The notes under the pieces: model-generated | What the model was told of the DNA's origin: nothing | The model's database searches: none | The model's input: only the letters and a program-made list of their open reading frames with translations | In this document: positions 1 through 10,909 of the stretch, piece by piece | How positions within the stretch are numbered: the stretch's first letter is position 1 | Layout: every line of letters starts with the position of its first letter | Translations under genes and position numbers: made by a program | Origin: Flaccisagitta enflata | Taxonomy: Eukaryota | Length of the DNA: 64,000 bases | NCBI GenBank assembly: GCA_965153355.1 | Contig: OZ231126.1 | Coordinates: forward strand, 19,592,001 to 19,656,000 | Direction: 5' to 3'

Positions 1-3000
1 ATGCTACGCGGCAGCTTCATACACAGTATCGGCATAACTTCTTCAAAGTGAGTTGATAGCTAATATATATTAAGTTTTACGGATTTACCCACTGCTTCTG
101 CTTAGTTGAGAAGTCGCGTGGGCTTTAGTGAAGAGGACATGGCGTTATTTCATCAAAAATTGCGCGATTGGGAATTGAGCTGCGATCCCAAATTTCGATG
201 GTGTGCTCATTGCGAGACCGGATTCGTATGGCAAAGTCGTAATCTCAAGATGAAATGTTTTCAATGCGAGCAATACACCTGCTTCAGGTGAGATAGGAGT
301 GATGCTGTGATGGTATCATGGTGTTGTTAATTTGTTATTGTATTCATTGTTGAGCAACGCTCACTCTTAAACAATGTTACTGTTCGCTCATATTCGATCA
401 TTATCTTGGTCCCTGCAAGTGTTGAATGAACTATTTTGGTCTCTGCAGCTGTAAAAATCGATGGGTGATCCAACACGATACAATGACATGTGAGGAGTTT
501 ATAGATTGGAAGCGGCAAAAGGAGGCCGAAGAGAAAGAGTCCATCTATTCTATGCTTGGTAAGATTAAACCATTTTCTGCACCTTTTCGCGCTGGTATGA
601 CTGAAAATATTTTGGCCCACAGATTGATACCGTTCCCCTATCTCTCCTTCCTAAATTCTTCTAACAGATGAAATCGGTTTGTCTTGCCCTCGATGCCGAG
701 CCAAGTTTGCTCTCTCCAAAGGTGGATGTCTGCATTTCCAATGCACTCAATGCCATTACGAGTTTTGCCAAGGATGTAACGAACCGTTTTTCACCGCCGA
801 ACAGCCGTGTTCAACGTGCCCCAGCAGGCTGGTAAGCCAGTGAAGGCGATTAGTTATGATAAACTATGTCTGTTTTATTGGTAGCAGTTATAAAACATTC
901 GAACTTCCACCTACGTCCTACAAGTTCTCGCGTGCACGAAATATCATTTGCAGGGCCTCCATTGTCATCACCCGCGTAATTGCCTTTTCTATCTTCGTGA
1001 CTGTTCCATTCCGAAACTGCAAAATGTGTTGATATTCGGAGCGGTGTCTTTCATGCGGGACAGTCCCTTGCCCGCCGTTCAGAGTCCCTCCTCTAAATCG
1101 GACATCTTTCTGATGAAGAAATGGTTGCGAAGGAAAAGCAAAGCCGTCGTCAGCGTTTGCAACGTCGTCGAGTCAAAAGAAATGGGCCAATCGCTCAAGG
1201 TCTGGAATTACCCTCCTGAATTGTTAACTGCAGGTGGATCATCCTGCAAGCACTCAAGGCGGATCGTCCGCTAATTGACTCGCCCCTCTTAGAACAATCA
1301 TCATTTTTAGTCGCGGACTAGCGACTCTGTAAGAGGCTTTGTCCGTCCGTCGGTTGGTTGGTCGGTTTGTTGGTTGGTCGGTCGGTTGGTCCGTGGTGAT
1401 CGAGTTGGTAAGTGTGAAAACACGCATTTCCGCCCCTGCCCACCCGTCCGCGACTGGTATTGGCCGTGTATCCGGCCTTGTTGATTTACTTAATTCTTTT
1501 GTTTCTTTAGGATGAACCCTGCGGAAGACCCGTCGAGGTCAAGGCCGCGGGTCTCTGCGAATTGCACTACAAGGTATGCAACTGTGATCTATAGCAGTTT
1601 CTACTTGAAAGCTCCCGGATATGTGTAATAATGGCTTTCTTCAGACAAAAAAGATTCTCATGCTTCTTAAGCTGGCCGCGGGTACCGCTGACCATGCACA
1701 ACTCATTGTATGTGACATATTTGTCCTCGACGATCAGTTTACGTCGAGGACTATAACATAGCCTTGATCGTGTGGTAAGCCGTTTGTTTGTTTGTTTGTC
1801 TCAACCCTTAAAAACTTAAGAACTACAACTCAGATGTTGATGAAACTTGGTCAGTCTTATTTTGAGGGCATCACTAACCTGTGTACCAACTTTCAACAAC
1901 ATTCATAAATATTTTATACCCTTTGCCTATTATATTTGTAGTAATATTAATTCCTGGAAATTTATATAGGGGAAGGGTAGTAAAGAATCACCAATGTTGT
2001 TTAAACTTGTTTCGGAAGTTCATTGTAGTAATTTAAGCTCCCCTGCAAGAATTCAGATAATTCTGAGTATTGGTTTAGAAGATATTTGGGTATTTTGCTA
2101 TTAATATTAATTCCTAGACTTGTGCAATTTATATAGGGGAAGGGTAGTAAAGGTTCACCAATGTTGTTCAAACTTGTTGGGAAGGTTCATTGCATCAATT
2201 AAAGCACCCCTGCAAGATTTCAGTAAATTCTGAGTATTGGTTAAGAAAATATAAGGGTATTTATGATGTATCTAGTAACATTATATCCTGGACTTAAAAA
2301 AATTTTTTTTTTTTTGAAATTTTTTTTGATGAATTTTTTTTTTTTATATATTTTTTTTTTTTTGAAAAAAAATTTTTTTTATTTTTTTTTTTTTGAATTT
2401 TTTTTTTTTTTTTTTTGAGAAAAAATCTTTTTTTTTTTTTTGAAATTTTTTTCTTTTAATTTTTGGAAAAATTTTTTGTCATGTAAATTTTTTTGTGTTG
2501 GATTATAAGGTATGCTTTCATAGACTTCAAGGAATGCCATCATGGACTTTAAGGTATGCCATCATGGACTTCAAGGTATGCTATCATAGGCTGCAAGGTA
2601 TGCCACCATGGACTTCAAGTTATGCAATCGGTAGCTGGGTCAGACTGAGTAGCCGGGTCAGACTGAGTAGCCGGGTCAGACTGAGTAGCCGGGTCAGACT
2701 GAGTAGCCGGGTCAGACTGAGTAGCCGGGTCAGACTGAGTAGCCGGGTCAGACTGAGTAGCCGGGTCGGACACCAAATAGACTACAGTAAAGGACTGTTG
2801 TTTTTAAGCTTTTTTTGCATAGTGTAGCACATTGAATAAATCAAGCAAGGCAAATTGATTAAATAAAAGAAAGAAAAAAAATCAGATTAGACAACGGTGA
2901 AGAGCAAAGTGAACGAACTATTTTCGTATACTGCCTTTTGGCTCCTATCTCAGGAATACCTCGTGCGCACGATTAATAGCAACAATCTGGACCCGCTCGA

Positions 3001-3666
3001 CCATTTTAGTCTTGAAGACGTTCTAGTCATTGCTCAAAGAGAGCAGAAATTCAAAGGGCTCGTTATCCCGCCTAAGGGTGACGACGGTGACGAAACCTAC
3101 AAGGCAAAACTGGTACAGGTATGTTTTGTCCAAGAAGACTATTTTGTAACTACTGTCAATCAAATTTTTTGTGTCATGTGTGTGCACCGAGTGAACAAAA
3201 TTCTTCAGGACAACAGGGTACCCTTGCCATAAATCACACTATATCACTCTCAGACATCTCATGAACCGTCATTCATGCATTGCCACACCGAAAGCGTTGA
3301 AGGAATATCATCGCCACAATATTCATGCGTTAGTTGCATTACCGTAATGTAATCATATAATTTTCAGTCTCGGACTCGTCTCTCTTGTCCATCTGTCCGT
3401 TAGTCCGTAATGATCAGGTCAAAAAATGTGAAAATGCGTATTTTTGATGCGTATAAGTTACATGGGTGTAGTGTGTGTCTTGTACGCCCCTGCCCACCCG
3501 TCCGCGACGATACTGCAACCCCGCGTTACTTGTTCAATAACAATGACGTAGTGGCGAACTATGTCTTATGAAAATAAATTTCTTTGATTCAAAGGAGTCA
3601 CTTCTGCAATGGATCTTCCCTTCTACACAGATACTCAAGGAGAAAGCGCCGCTTCGTCGAACGTAA
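1..3666 (+). CDS. RNF31: RBR E3 ubiquitin ligase HOIP/LUBEL-like, 3' part (IBR, RING2, LDD); 5' end outside window
   Basis: Phase-consistent GT-AG exons <1-47, 106-287, 449-558, 668-831, 954-1199, 1511-1573, 2954-3118, 3631-3666. Peptides [39 protein letters not shown] (catalytic Cys/His), [16 protein letters not shown] and [22 protein letters not shown] are collinear with the HOIP C-terminus. Confidence 0.93.
1306..1482 (+). mobile_element. DINE-1/Helentron-like non-autonomous element (family A)
   Basis: Subterminal inverted repeats agtcgcggac/gtccgcgact, (GTCC/GTTG/GTCG)n microsatellite, 3' hairpin ggccg..cggcc, ends in cttgtt, T-rich insertion site. Recurs many times in the window. Confidence 0.7.
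1720..2780 (+). mobile_element. Probable non-autonomous repeat element with 5' hairpin, internal duplication and 18-bp tandem array
   Basis: Perfect 10-bp stem gtcctcgacg/cgtcgaggac (1723-1751), (GTTT)n, two related ~140-bp blocks (~1943 and ~2101), T-rich tract and terminal tandem array. Boundaries approximate. Confidence 0.45.
2631..2770. repeat. 18-bp tandem repeat (agccgggtcagactgagt) x ~7
   Basis: Directly visible head-to-tail copies. Confidence 0.95.
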
Positions 3667-4658
3667 CGGCGATACCATAATCTAGTCAGCACTGTTGTGT
3701 GAGAAACCTGAAGTCATTCAACGAATCAAGTCTTTCATGCGGGATTAGCGGGAAGTATCGATGCAGCTAGTGTGCTCATTTGATCAACGCTGTCACTCCA
3801 AATCCAATAACTGCATATATTTTTCCTTCGTAGTCTATACAAATGTAGTGTTATTACATTTAATAACTGATTATGCGTTTGACAAGGTCGCGCAGCTGAT
3901 GATTGCTTTATTTTAAAAAAGATCTTGATTTCTTGTGTAGTCATTGAAAATGTTAGATATTGGTAATAAGTAAAAACAGATTTGCGAATCCAGTTGATGG
4001 CTGGGTTATGTTTTTTAATTTTAATGGTAACCAACGGCATTGATTACTGGTTACAAAGTCTTAACCAACGATGAAGAGGGCTTCTCAAGTGCCCTCATGA
4101 TTAAGTTTTTTTTTCTGCAGAGAAGAAGAGAACAAGCGTTTTAAACAATGGTAGAGAACTGATGATGTAAAAAGAAAAAGAAACGAGATATTAATGATAA
4201 CTTTTTCACCGAGAAAAATTTTAACAATTCATGTTGACCAAATAATATCTTAGTTTTGTTTTCCTTTGCGACGGAATCTTCCAAACTGAACGAATTCCAT
4301 TCCATTCATCAGAATATTCAGTGGCTTTTGTTTTAGTTTTCGTCTTTCAGCTAGATTCATCATTGATCCTCTTCTTCCTTCTCAAGATCATGACCCAAGT
4401 CATCACCAATTCAGTAGCCAAAGAGGTTCATGATACCTTTAGTTAGTGATAGCTTATTCCTCATTTGGTGCGTGTTCACGCATTTCCATATTGATCTCTG
4501 GCCGCCGTTTAGTTCCGGCATTGATCGTGATCGATCATAATCTCGCCGCCCTCAGTCAATAAGCGATAATCCCAAAAATGATTCACGCCGTCCGGAGGAA
4601 GTAATTCCGCTCCTCAGTTCTGAGATTGACCGAAAGAAAGATATTTCGTTGTAAAGCC

Positions 4659-7600
4659 ATGTCCATTATCGATGATCCTGTCGATGATGACACGGCCGGC
4701 CAATCTAGCGCCGCCCCGCCGGACGGAGTGGCGCGACCGCCAGATAAACCACCTATTAAGTTGAGAAGCAAGAAACACGGAAGGGCGGAGAATGGCAGGC
4801 TACGACCGACTAGCATCCATATCTTCGAGGATCTGGAGAAGAATGGCGTTATCCCGGATAAAGCGCTTTCGTCTTACAAGGTACACCGCACTCAGTTGAT
4901 ATTTTTGCATCTGGCACGCTCTTTCATCATACTTTTCGTTAAATGGAAATCGCACAATTCCATTGCCTCTTTCACCTGTACTTTAACTTTGTCAACACCT
5001 GTTACCGAGACTGAAACTCCCACGTTTGTTTTATCTTTACAGTCGCTTGCTCGAAGTCAACGAATGAGTCGCACCATGCAGGCGTTGTACTCCATTGATC
5101 CTCGTATTGCCAAAGATGTATTTGAAACCGAAGGTATGTTAAATTGTAATTGCACTTTTTATCTTTTATAAGAACGTCATTATTTGCCAAAGCCTTCAAA
5201 AGACATAGAGATAGCTACTAATAAAATAACTACGATGTTCTTAATTTTAGAGCCATTTCAAGCCTTGGTTCTTATAAAAAATAAAAAGTAACTAGTCATC
5301 CAAGGATCGCACGTGGTCAGCGGTACCCGATGCCCTGCTGGGAATGATCTAGTGAAGAAGTGGAGTGAGAGCAGGGCAGCGGCCCCAAAGGGCCGATGTC
5401 CTGTACAACACAGGGGGGAATTTCCATACGTCCTGAGGGGGCATATTTCATGCCTTAGATGACTGATTTAGGCCGCCGAAGGCATATTTGAAGGCTGCAG
5501 GGCATAATTAAGGCTTGGAGAGCCGATCTGAGGTTTGGAGGCAAATTTAAACCATGAAGGGCTGATTTTATGCTTGGAGGGCTAATTGAGGGTCTGGAAG
5601 GCAGATTTGAGGTCTGGAGGTCAGATTTGAGGTGGGGGGCTGATCCGAAGCCTGGAAAGCTGATTTGAGGCCTGGGGGGTTAAATTGAGGGCTGGGAGGG
5701 CAAATTTGAGGGCTGGGAGAGCAAATTTGAGGGCTGGGAGGGCAAATTTGAGGCCAACGGGGGGGGGGGGGGGGGACGGAAGGACGGACGTATGGAAATT
5801 CCCCCCTGTGTTCTACAGGACATCGGCCCATTGGGGCCGCTGCCCAAAAAGTGTAGGTTTTCATCGAACATATCCTGAGTTCATTTCAAAAAGATTTGCT
5901 GCTGAAAGACTGAATTTTGAATGGTTACTGACAAATGATCCTGATACAAACGCGTTGTTAAATTCTTTATGCTATGTCAACGAATTGTCCAGCCGCCTCT
6001 TCTCTACCCGATGACGCGATGCGTCCCGTGTCCGTGTTCGACTTCCGGTCGAAACCATCGACTCCCTCGTCGCCGCTCCAGCCTGGGATCGCCGCGATCG
6101 GCAGCTGGTCACCCGAGCAATTGGCCGCGGCGTCGACGGCGGCTTTGATCATCCAGCGTCACTTCCGGGGATTTCTGGGTCGACGGCGGTACGCGGCCCG
6201 GATGTGGGAAGTGTACGCCGAGGAGGAGGAAAAGCAGAGGAAGGAGAAAGAAAAAGTGTTGGTGGAGGAAACGGAAATCCTGGTCGCTGCCAGAAAAGCC
6301 GTCATCGATATGGAAGAGTTGGAAACGGTGGGGGTTGATTTCTGGTTGCTGTTGTTGTGGTTGTCTTTGGTCAGAATGTACTTCTAAGGATATTCTCTCA
6401 TCAACCCTCATCTCCACTCTTCCTTTTTCTTCGTCATTTGGGCTATCCTCTTTTTGATATCAGTCATTTCTTCCTCCTTTAAACTTCCTCTAACTTCCTT
6501 CTTCCAATTTGTAGACAGCATGGATCTCATATAGCGAGTAACTCCCATGTTACTTAATCATTTCAGATTGATTACTGAATAAACATAATTCTTCGTCCTC
6601 CTAATTCAGACGAAACGCAACGCGGAGCGTCTTCTGGTCTCGCGCGTGGTGACGATTCAACGCGCTTGGCGTGCTCATCGTGCGAGTGTCGTTCGCGAAA
6701 TGCCCAATCTCGCGCATTCCCGCCTGCCCACCCGCGGAGATAAAGGAGAGAAAAAAGTGGCTCTTCCTCCGCCGCCGTCTTCTATTTCTTGCGACTCCAT
6801 CGCGGATTGCGCCATGAGACCTGACGGAGGCGGGTCGTCGACAACGACGACTTCAGCGGCAACGGCACGTGCTTCCAATCCATCAACGAAGAGATCCATC
6901 GTCGGCAAACCTCGACTCGTCGGATTAGACCGAGAAGCCATTCGTCTTCAACTGGCCATGGAAGATGACGTCGATCTCGACGATGACGACGACGATCTCG
7001 ACGTCAAAATTGTCGGGACTACCAACCGTCGTCGATTCTCCGACGAGACGTTTCTGGAAGTGACGCTCAACGACATATTGGAGGAAGCGGTCGCGGAAAC
7101 CGTCGGTGCGGCCGTCCTGCCAGTTTCTGCTGTCGTTGAAGCAGAAACTGGAAAATCAGATGACACTTCCGTATTTGGAGATGGTGACGGTGCAGCCGCA
7201 GCTGCCGCGGCGTCGGCGGCGTCCACTTTTCGCGAGCCGCTGCCACGGCCGAAGAACGCCTTCGACGATGCTTGCGATCTTCTTAGGAAAGAAACGGAAA
7301 TTCAGTTGGCGCAGTCGCCGGCGTTGGCGCATTTGCAGATGGAACTTGAGAAAAATGAAAGGGAAGAGTCGCCGTCGATTGTCGATAGCTTTGAGGAACT
7401 CAAAAACATGGTCAAGCATGACGGAATCGACGAGGCGGAAGTCGCTAATCTAAACGTCGCCAGTTTGCAGGTGAGATTTCTCATGAGAATGCGACGATTC
7501 GCTAATTTGCATATTGCTGTATTGGTTGGCGAAAACTTTTATTGCTTGGCTAATGAACGGGCTTATCTTGAATAACTTGAGCTGCATGTTCCATGTTCAA

Positions 7601-8376
7601 ATGATTTTAAAGTAGCTAGGTATGGTTGATTTTGGCGGAGCGGAATATTTTTTGGGATCATATCTATACTCGTCTTCTTCCGCTCTTCACTGAGATAAGT
7701 CAATGCGCTTCGTCGCTGCTCGGCTCTGTCAGCTTTGGTTTGACTATGTCGAGGTGTGCGAGGTGTCGAAATTTGCATAATTTCTAAGAACATGGCCCTT
7801 TTCTTTACGATAAGGCTATGTTTTTAGAAATGCAAATCAATGCATTCAGAGTCAATATGTAATAAAATTAAGAATTTCATGTAGGACAAGTTAAGGAAAA
7901 GGGGTTATTTTCTTTTATTTTTCTTAATTTTTGCAACTGATTTTGAACTCGTAAATAATACTCGATGCAAATAAATCTATATATTAAGAGTGTAGTTTCT
8001 TTTAAAGAAATTGTGAATTTATCATTTTAATTTTTTTTCTAGAATATGATTTAACCATGGAAAGATTAAACATGCCCCCTCGAACTATTAATAAAACTGC
8101 TTGAGACGATGTGTCTTCTTTTATGACCCCTCCTCTTATTGATCTAGCCTTCAACGTTGTCTTGCCCTCATTGATTGCTTTGACCTTTTTTCTCAGGTAC
8201 TTGTCAACGATCTCCTCACTCGCGTTGAGACCAACAACGAAGAATTAATGGCGCTTTTGCAGGAGCGAGATCAACTCCACATGGAGCAGGATTCCATGTT
8301 AGTCGATATCGAGGATTTGATCAAGCAGTGTAAAAGACAGGCGGAATTGAACAATCGGAGGGGCATTCCAAGATGA
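4659..8376 (+). CDS. IQ-motif-containing SCHIP1-like protein (IQCJ-SCHIP1-like architecture)
   Basis: Phase-consistent exons 4659-4880, 5043-5133, 5993-6327, 6610-7470, 8197-8376. Two IQ motifs (IIQRHFRGFLGRRRY; TIQRAWRAHR), a DREAIRLQLAM motif and the SCHIP-1 C-terminal coiled coil LQVLVNDL...ERDQLHMEQDSMLVDIEDL. The start codon is inferred. Confidence 0.8.
5291..5850 (-). mobile_element. Non-autonomous element family B (long subterminal IRs, internal ~21-bp tandem repeats; Helentron-like end)
   Basis: ~50-bp inverted repeats gggcagcggccccaaagggccgatgtcctgta / tacaggacatcggcccattggggccgctgccc around (gcaaatttgagggctggga) repeats. Same family at 21550-22051 and 22219-22857. Confidence 0.7.
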
Positions 8377-9288
8377 TTAAAAAAAGATTGGGAAAAAAAT
8401 TGTTACATTTCGAGAATTATCCAATCGTAATCGTGAATCGTCTTTCATCTTGTAATGCCGCCTTCTCAAGACATTCTAGACAGCTGTCGGATCCCTACCT
8501 AAAAAAATACGTTCGTAATTAGCCGTTTTTGCTGGCTTCCAACTTATTGCTACATGTGAAGCGTTGATAGGGCCAAGCATAATCGCCCTTAAGTGCAGGA
8601 TTTGGAACCCATGTTCAAAAAGTTCTGGCCATTCAAGAAATTTTCTTGTAACCTCTTCTAACCTCAGCTTGGTTCTCAGGCTGATATTTCATTCAGACTA
8701 TGCCGCATTCTGGCTTTGATAAATGATACACTGATTCTATAACGCGACACTAACGTTTGTTTACACCTTTTCTCCCTCTTCCACCTTTAAATGGATGGAC
8801 CATGTTATTTTACCTTTTCTCGTTTTTTTCCGTAAGCCCTCATTTTTTGGGCCGCTCCATTTGATACTAGTCATAAAAAGCTTTATTCATCGTGAAGGCG
8901 AAAGAATATGAATTGTTTAGGGCGGGGTTGTTTAATCCAAGGCATATCTCAGCATGGTATCTAGTTGGGGCCCTTTCCTCTTGGGCCCCTAGTTCACCGG
9001 GATGTGATTCATTTTTGCGGCAGTTTCTTAATTTGACTGAGTTTTATATCAGGATGTACTGGTAAATTGGTAAGCTACCATGGCGCCGCCCTACCTTTTC
9101 TGGCGAAGCCCCATTATTAGTAGAGAATGGATTCTTCTTTCTTCGTTTCATTCCACGAAAATAAATTCCTTACTGTCCTTATTTTAACTCTCTTCAACCT
9201 TGAATGTATGAGTATCTATGAATTTTATTTATTCCAGGAACACGGCAATTTGTCAAAAGCAAATCTGACTCGAAAAAAGATTAAGGAA

Positions 9289-10698
9289 ATGCTGAGGCCG
9301 TCTTTATTGAAATCGGTAAACGATTCCGTTTCCTTTACTTGCCGTCGATGGTTAGCAGCCGGCAATTTCCCTCCTCCTGACTTTGATTGGGACAATTTGC
9401 TTCACGATGCATCTATCGAAGACAACATCGTCCACCGCAAAGGCGTCGGTGACATTCAACGACTTCGGAGACTCGTCGCCGATTCTATCGACGCCGCTAC
9501 CTCTTCATCGTCATCATTTCCTCCTCCCATACTCACTCCAGATTTACTCGACGAGGCTCTCCGCATTCCCAACGCGACGCATCCGGACGTCCCGATCGGG
9601 GACGAGACTCAGTCTCGCGTCGTCGCCGAATTCAACTCTAAACGTTCTTTCTCATTCCCGCCTAAGACTCACGTGGAAATCGGCTCTCTGCTCAAAGGCC
9701 TTAGAACGGAAGACGTCGGTTTAACCACCGGCAAAAAAAGTTACTATCTCATGAACGACGTGGCCACGCTGGAACGCGCGCTTGTCAAATACGCCTTGTC
9801 CATTTTACGCCAAGCCGGATTTCGCCTCATCTCCGTGCCGGATATTCTGCGCCACGACGTCATTCGGAGATGCGGGTTCGAGACAGATAACGTCGCCAAC
9901 AACGCGGTTTATAAAGTCAAGTTGCCGAGGACAAGTACAGTGGTTGATGCCGGTAGAAACGACAACGACGACGACAATATCGAACAAAATGAAAGTGATG
10001 TGGAGGAATTTTGTCTATCCGGAACAGCGGAAATGGGTATCGCCGGTTTCCTCAAAGACACGACATTCCGCGCGTCGGAATTGCCTTTGAAAATCGCCGC
10101 CGTGTCGCGTTGCTTCCGGTCGGAAATGTCGACTCGCGCGATCGACAGGGGACTTTATCGCGTGTTACAATTTACCAAAGTGGAGATGTTCTGCTTGACG
10201 CGCGGCGACGTGGAGGAAAGCGAAGCGATGTTGACGGAGTTGTTGACTCTGCAAAGACGGATTTTCGAACCGTTGGGGATCTGCTGTCGAGTGCTGGAGA
10301 TGTCGACGCAAGAGTTGGGAGCTCCGGCGTATCACAAGTACGACGTGGAAGCTTGGATCGAGTCCAGAGACGCCTTTAGCGAGATTTCATCGACTTCTAA
10401 TTGTACCGATTATCAAAGTCGAAGATTAGGTTTCCGGTATATTGATGATCAAGGCGGCGATGAAGGGAAATTGGCACATTGCCATTCGTTGAATGGAACG
10501 GCCTGCGCCGTGCCGAGATTGATACAGACCATTTTGGAACATCATCAACTGGAAAACGGCGAAGTGACAGTGCCCGAAGTGTTAGTGCCATTTTGCCGGA
10601 ATAAACGCAAGTTGGAACTGAAACCTGAATGGCCCGTTTATTTCTACAAGGATTTTGGCGAGAAAATCCCGGCCCTCAACACCAGAGATAAACCTTGA
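9289..10698 (+). CDS. SARS2: Mitochondrial seryl-tRNA synthetase
   Basis: Single-exon ORF with IPNATHPDVP, LSGTAEM, motif 2 FRSE..GLYRVLQFTKVEMF, KYDVEAW, EISSTSNCTDYQSRRL and motif 3 LNGTACAVPR. Basic N-terminus from Met at 9289 resembles a mitochondrial presequence. Confidence 0.93.
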   Translation: MLRPSLLKSVNDSVSFTCRRWLAAGNFPPPDFDWDNLLHDASIEDNIVHRKGVGDIQRLRRLVADSIDAATSSSSSFPPPILTPDLLDEALRIPNATHPDVPIGDETQSRVVAEFNSKRSFSFPPKTHVEIGSLLKGLRTEDVGLTTGKKSYYLMNDVATLERALVKYALSILRQAGFRLISVPDILRHDVIRRCGFETDNVANNAVYKVKLPRTSTVVDAGRNDNDDDNIEQNESDVEEFCLSGTAEMGIAGFLKDTTFRASELPLKIAAVSRCFRSEMSTRAIDRGLYRVLQFTKVEMFCLTRGDVEESEAMLTELLTLQRRIFEPLGICCRVLEMSTQELGAPAYHKYDVEAWIESRDAFSEISSTSNCTDYQSRRLGFRYIDDQGGDEGKLAHCHSLNGTACAVPRLIQTILEHHQLENGEVTVPEVLVPFCRNKRKLELKPEWPVYFYKDFGEKIPALNTRDKP

Positions 10699-10909
10699 TG
10701 GCTTATTTTTTGATGTGTTGTCTGTTGGTGTTAGGTATTAATCACTTGATCGAAATGGCGAATGCCGATTCCTTGCTTCAAAGAGAAGAAAAGAAAAAAA
10801 ACCGTTTGTGCCCACGTTTTGTTATGAACAGTTTCCCTATTTTTCAGCTCAGTCGATTGTGGGAGGACATAAAATGAATCTCTGAAAAATCCAGTAACCA
10901 AATAGAGAG

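Noticed and set aside
9127-9288. N-terminal 54 aa of the SARS2 ORF call
   Set aside because: AT-rich and intron-like, ending in an acceptor at 9237. Met at 9289 gives a plausible presequence.
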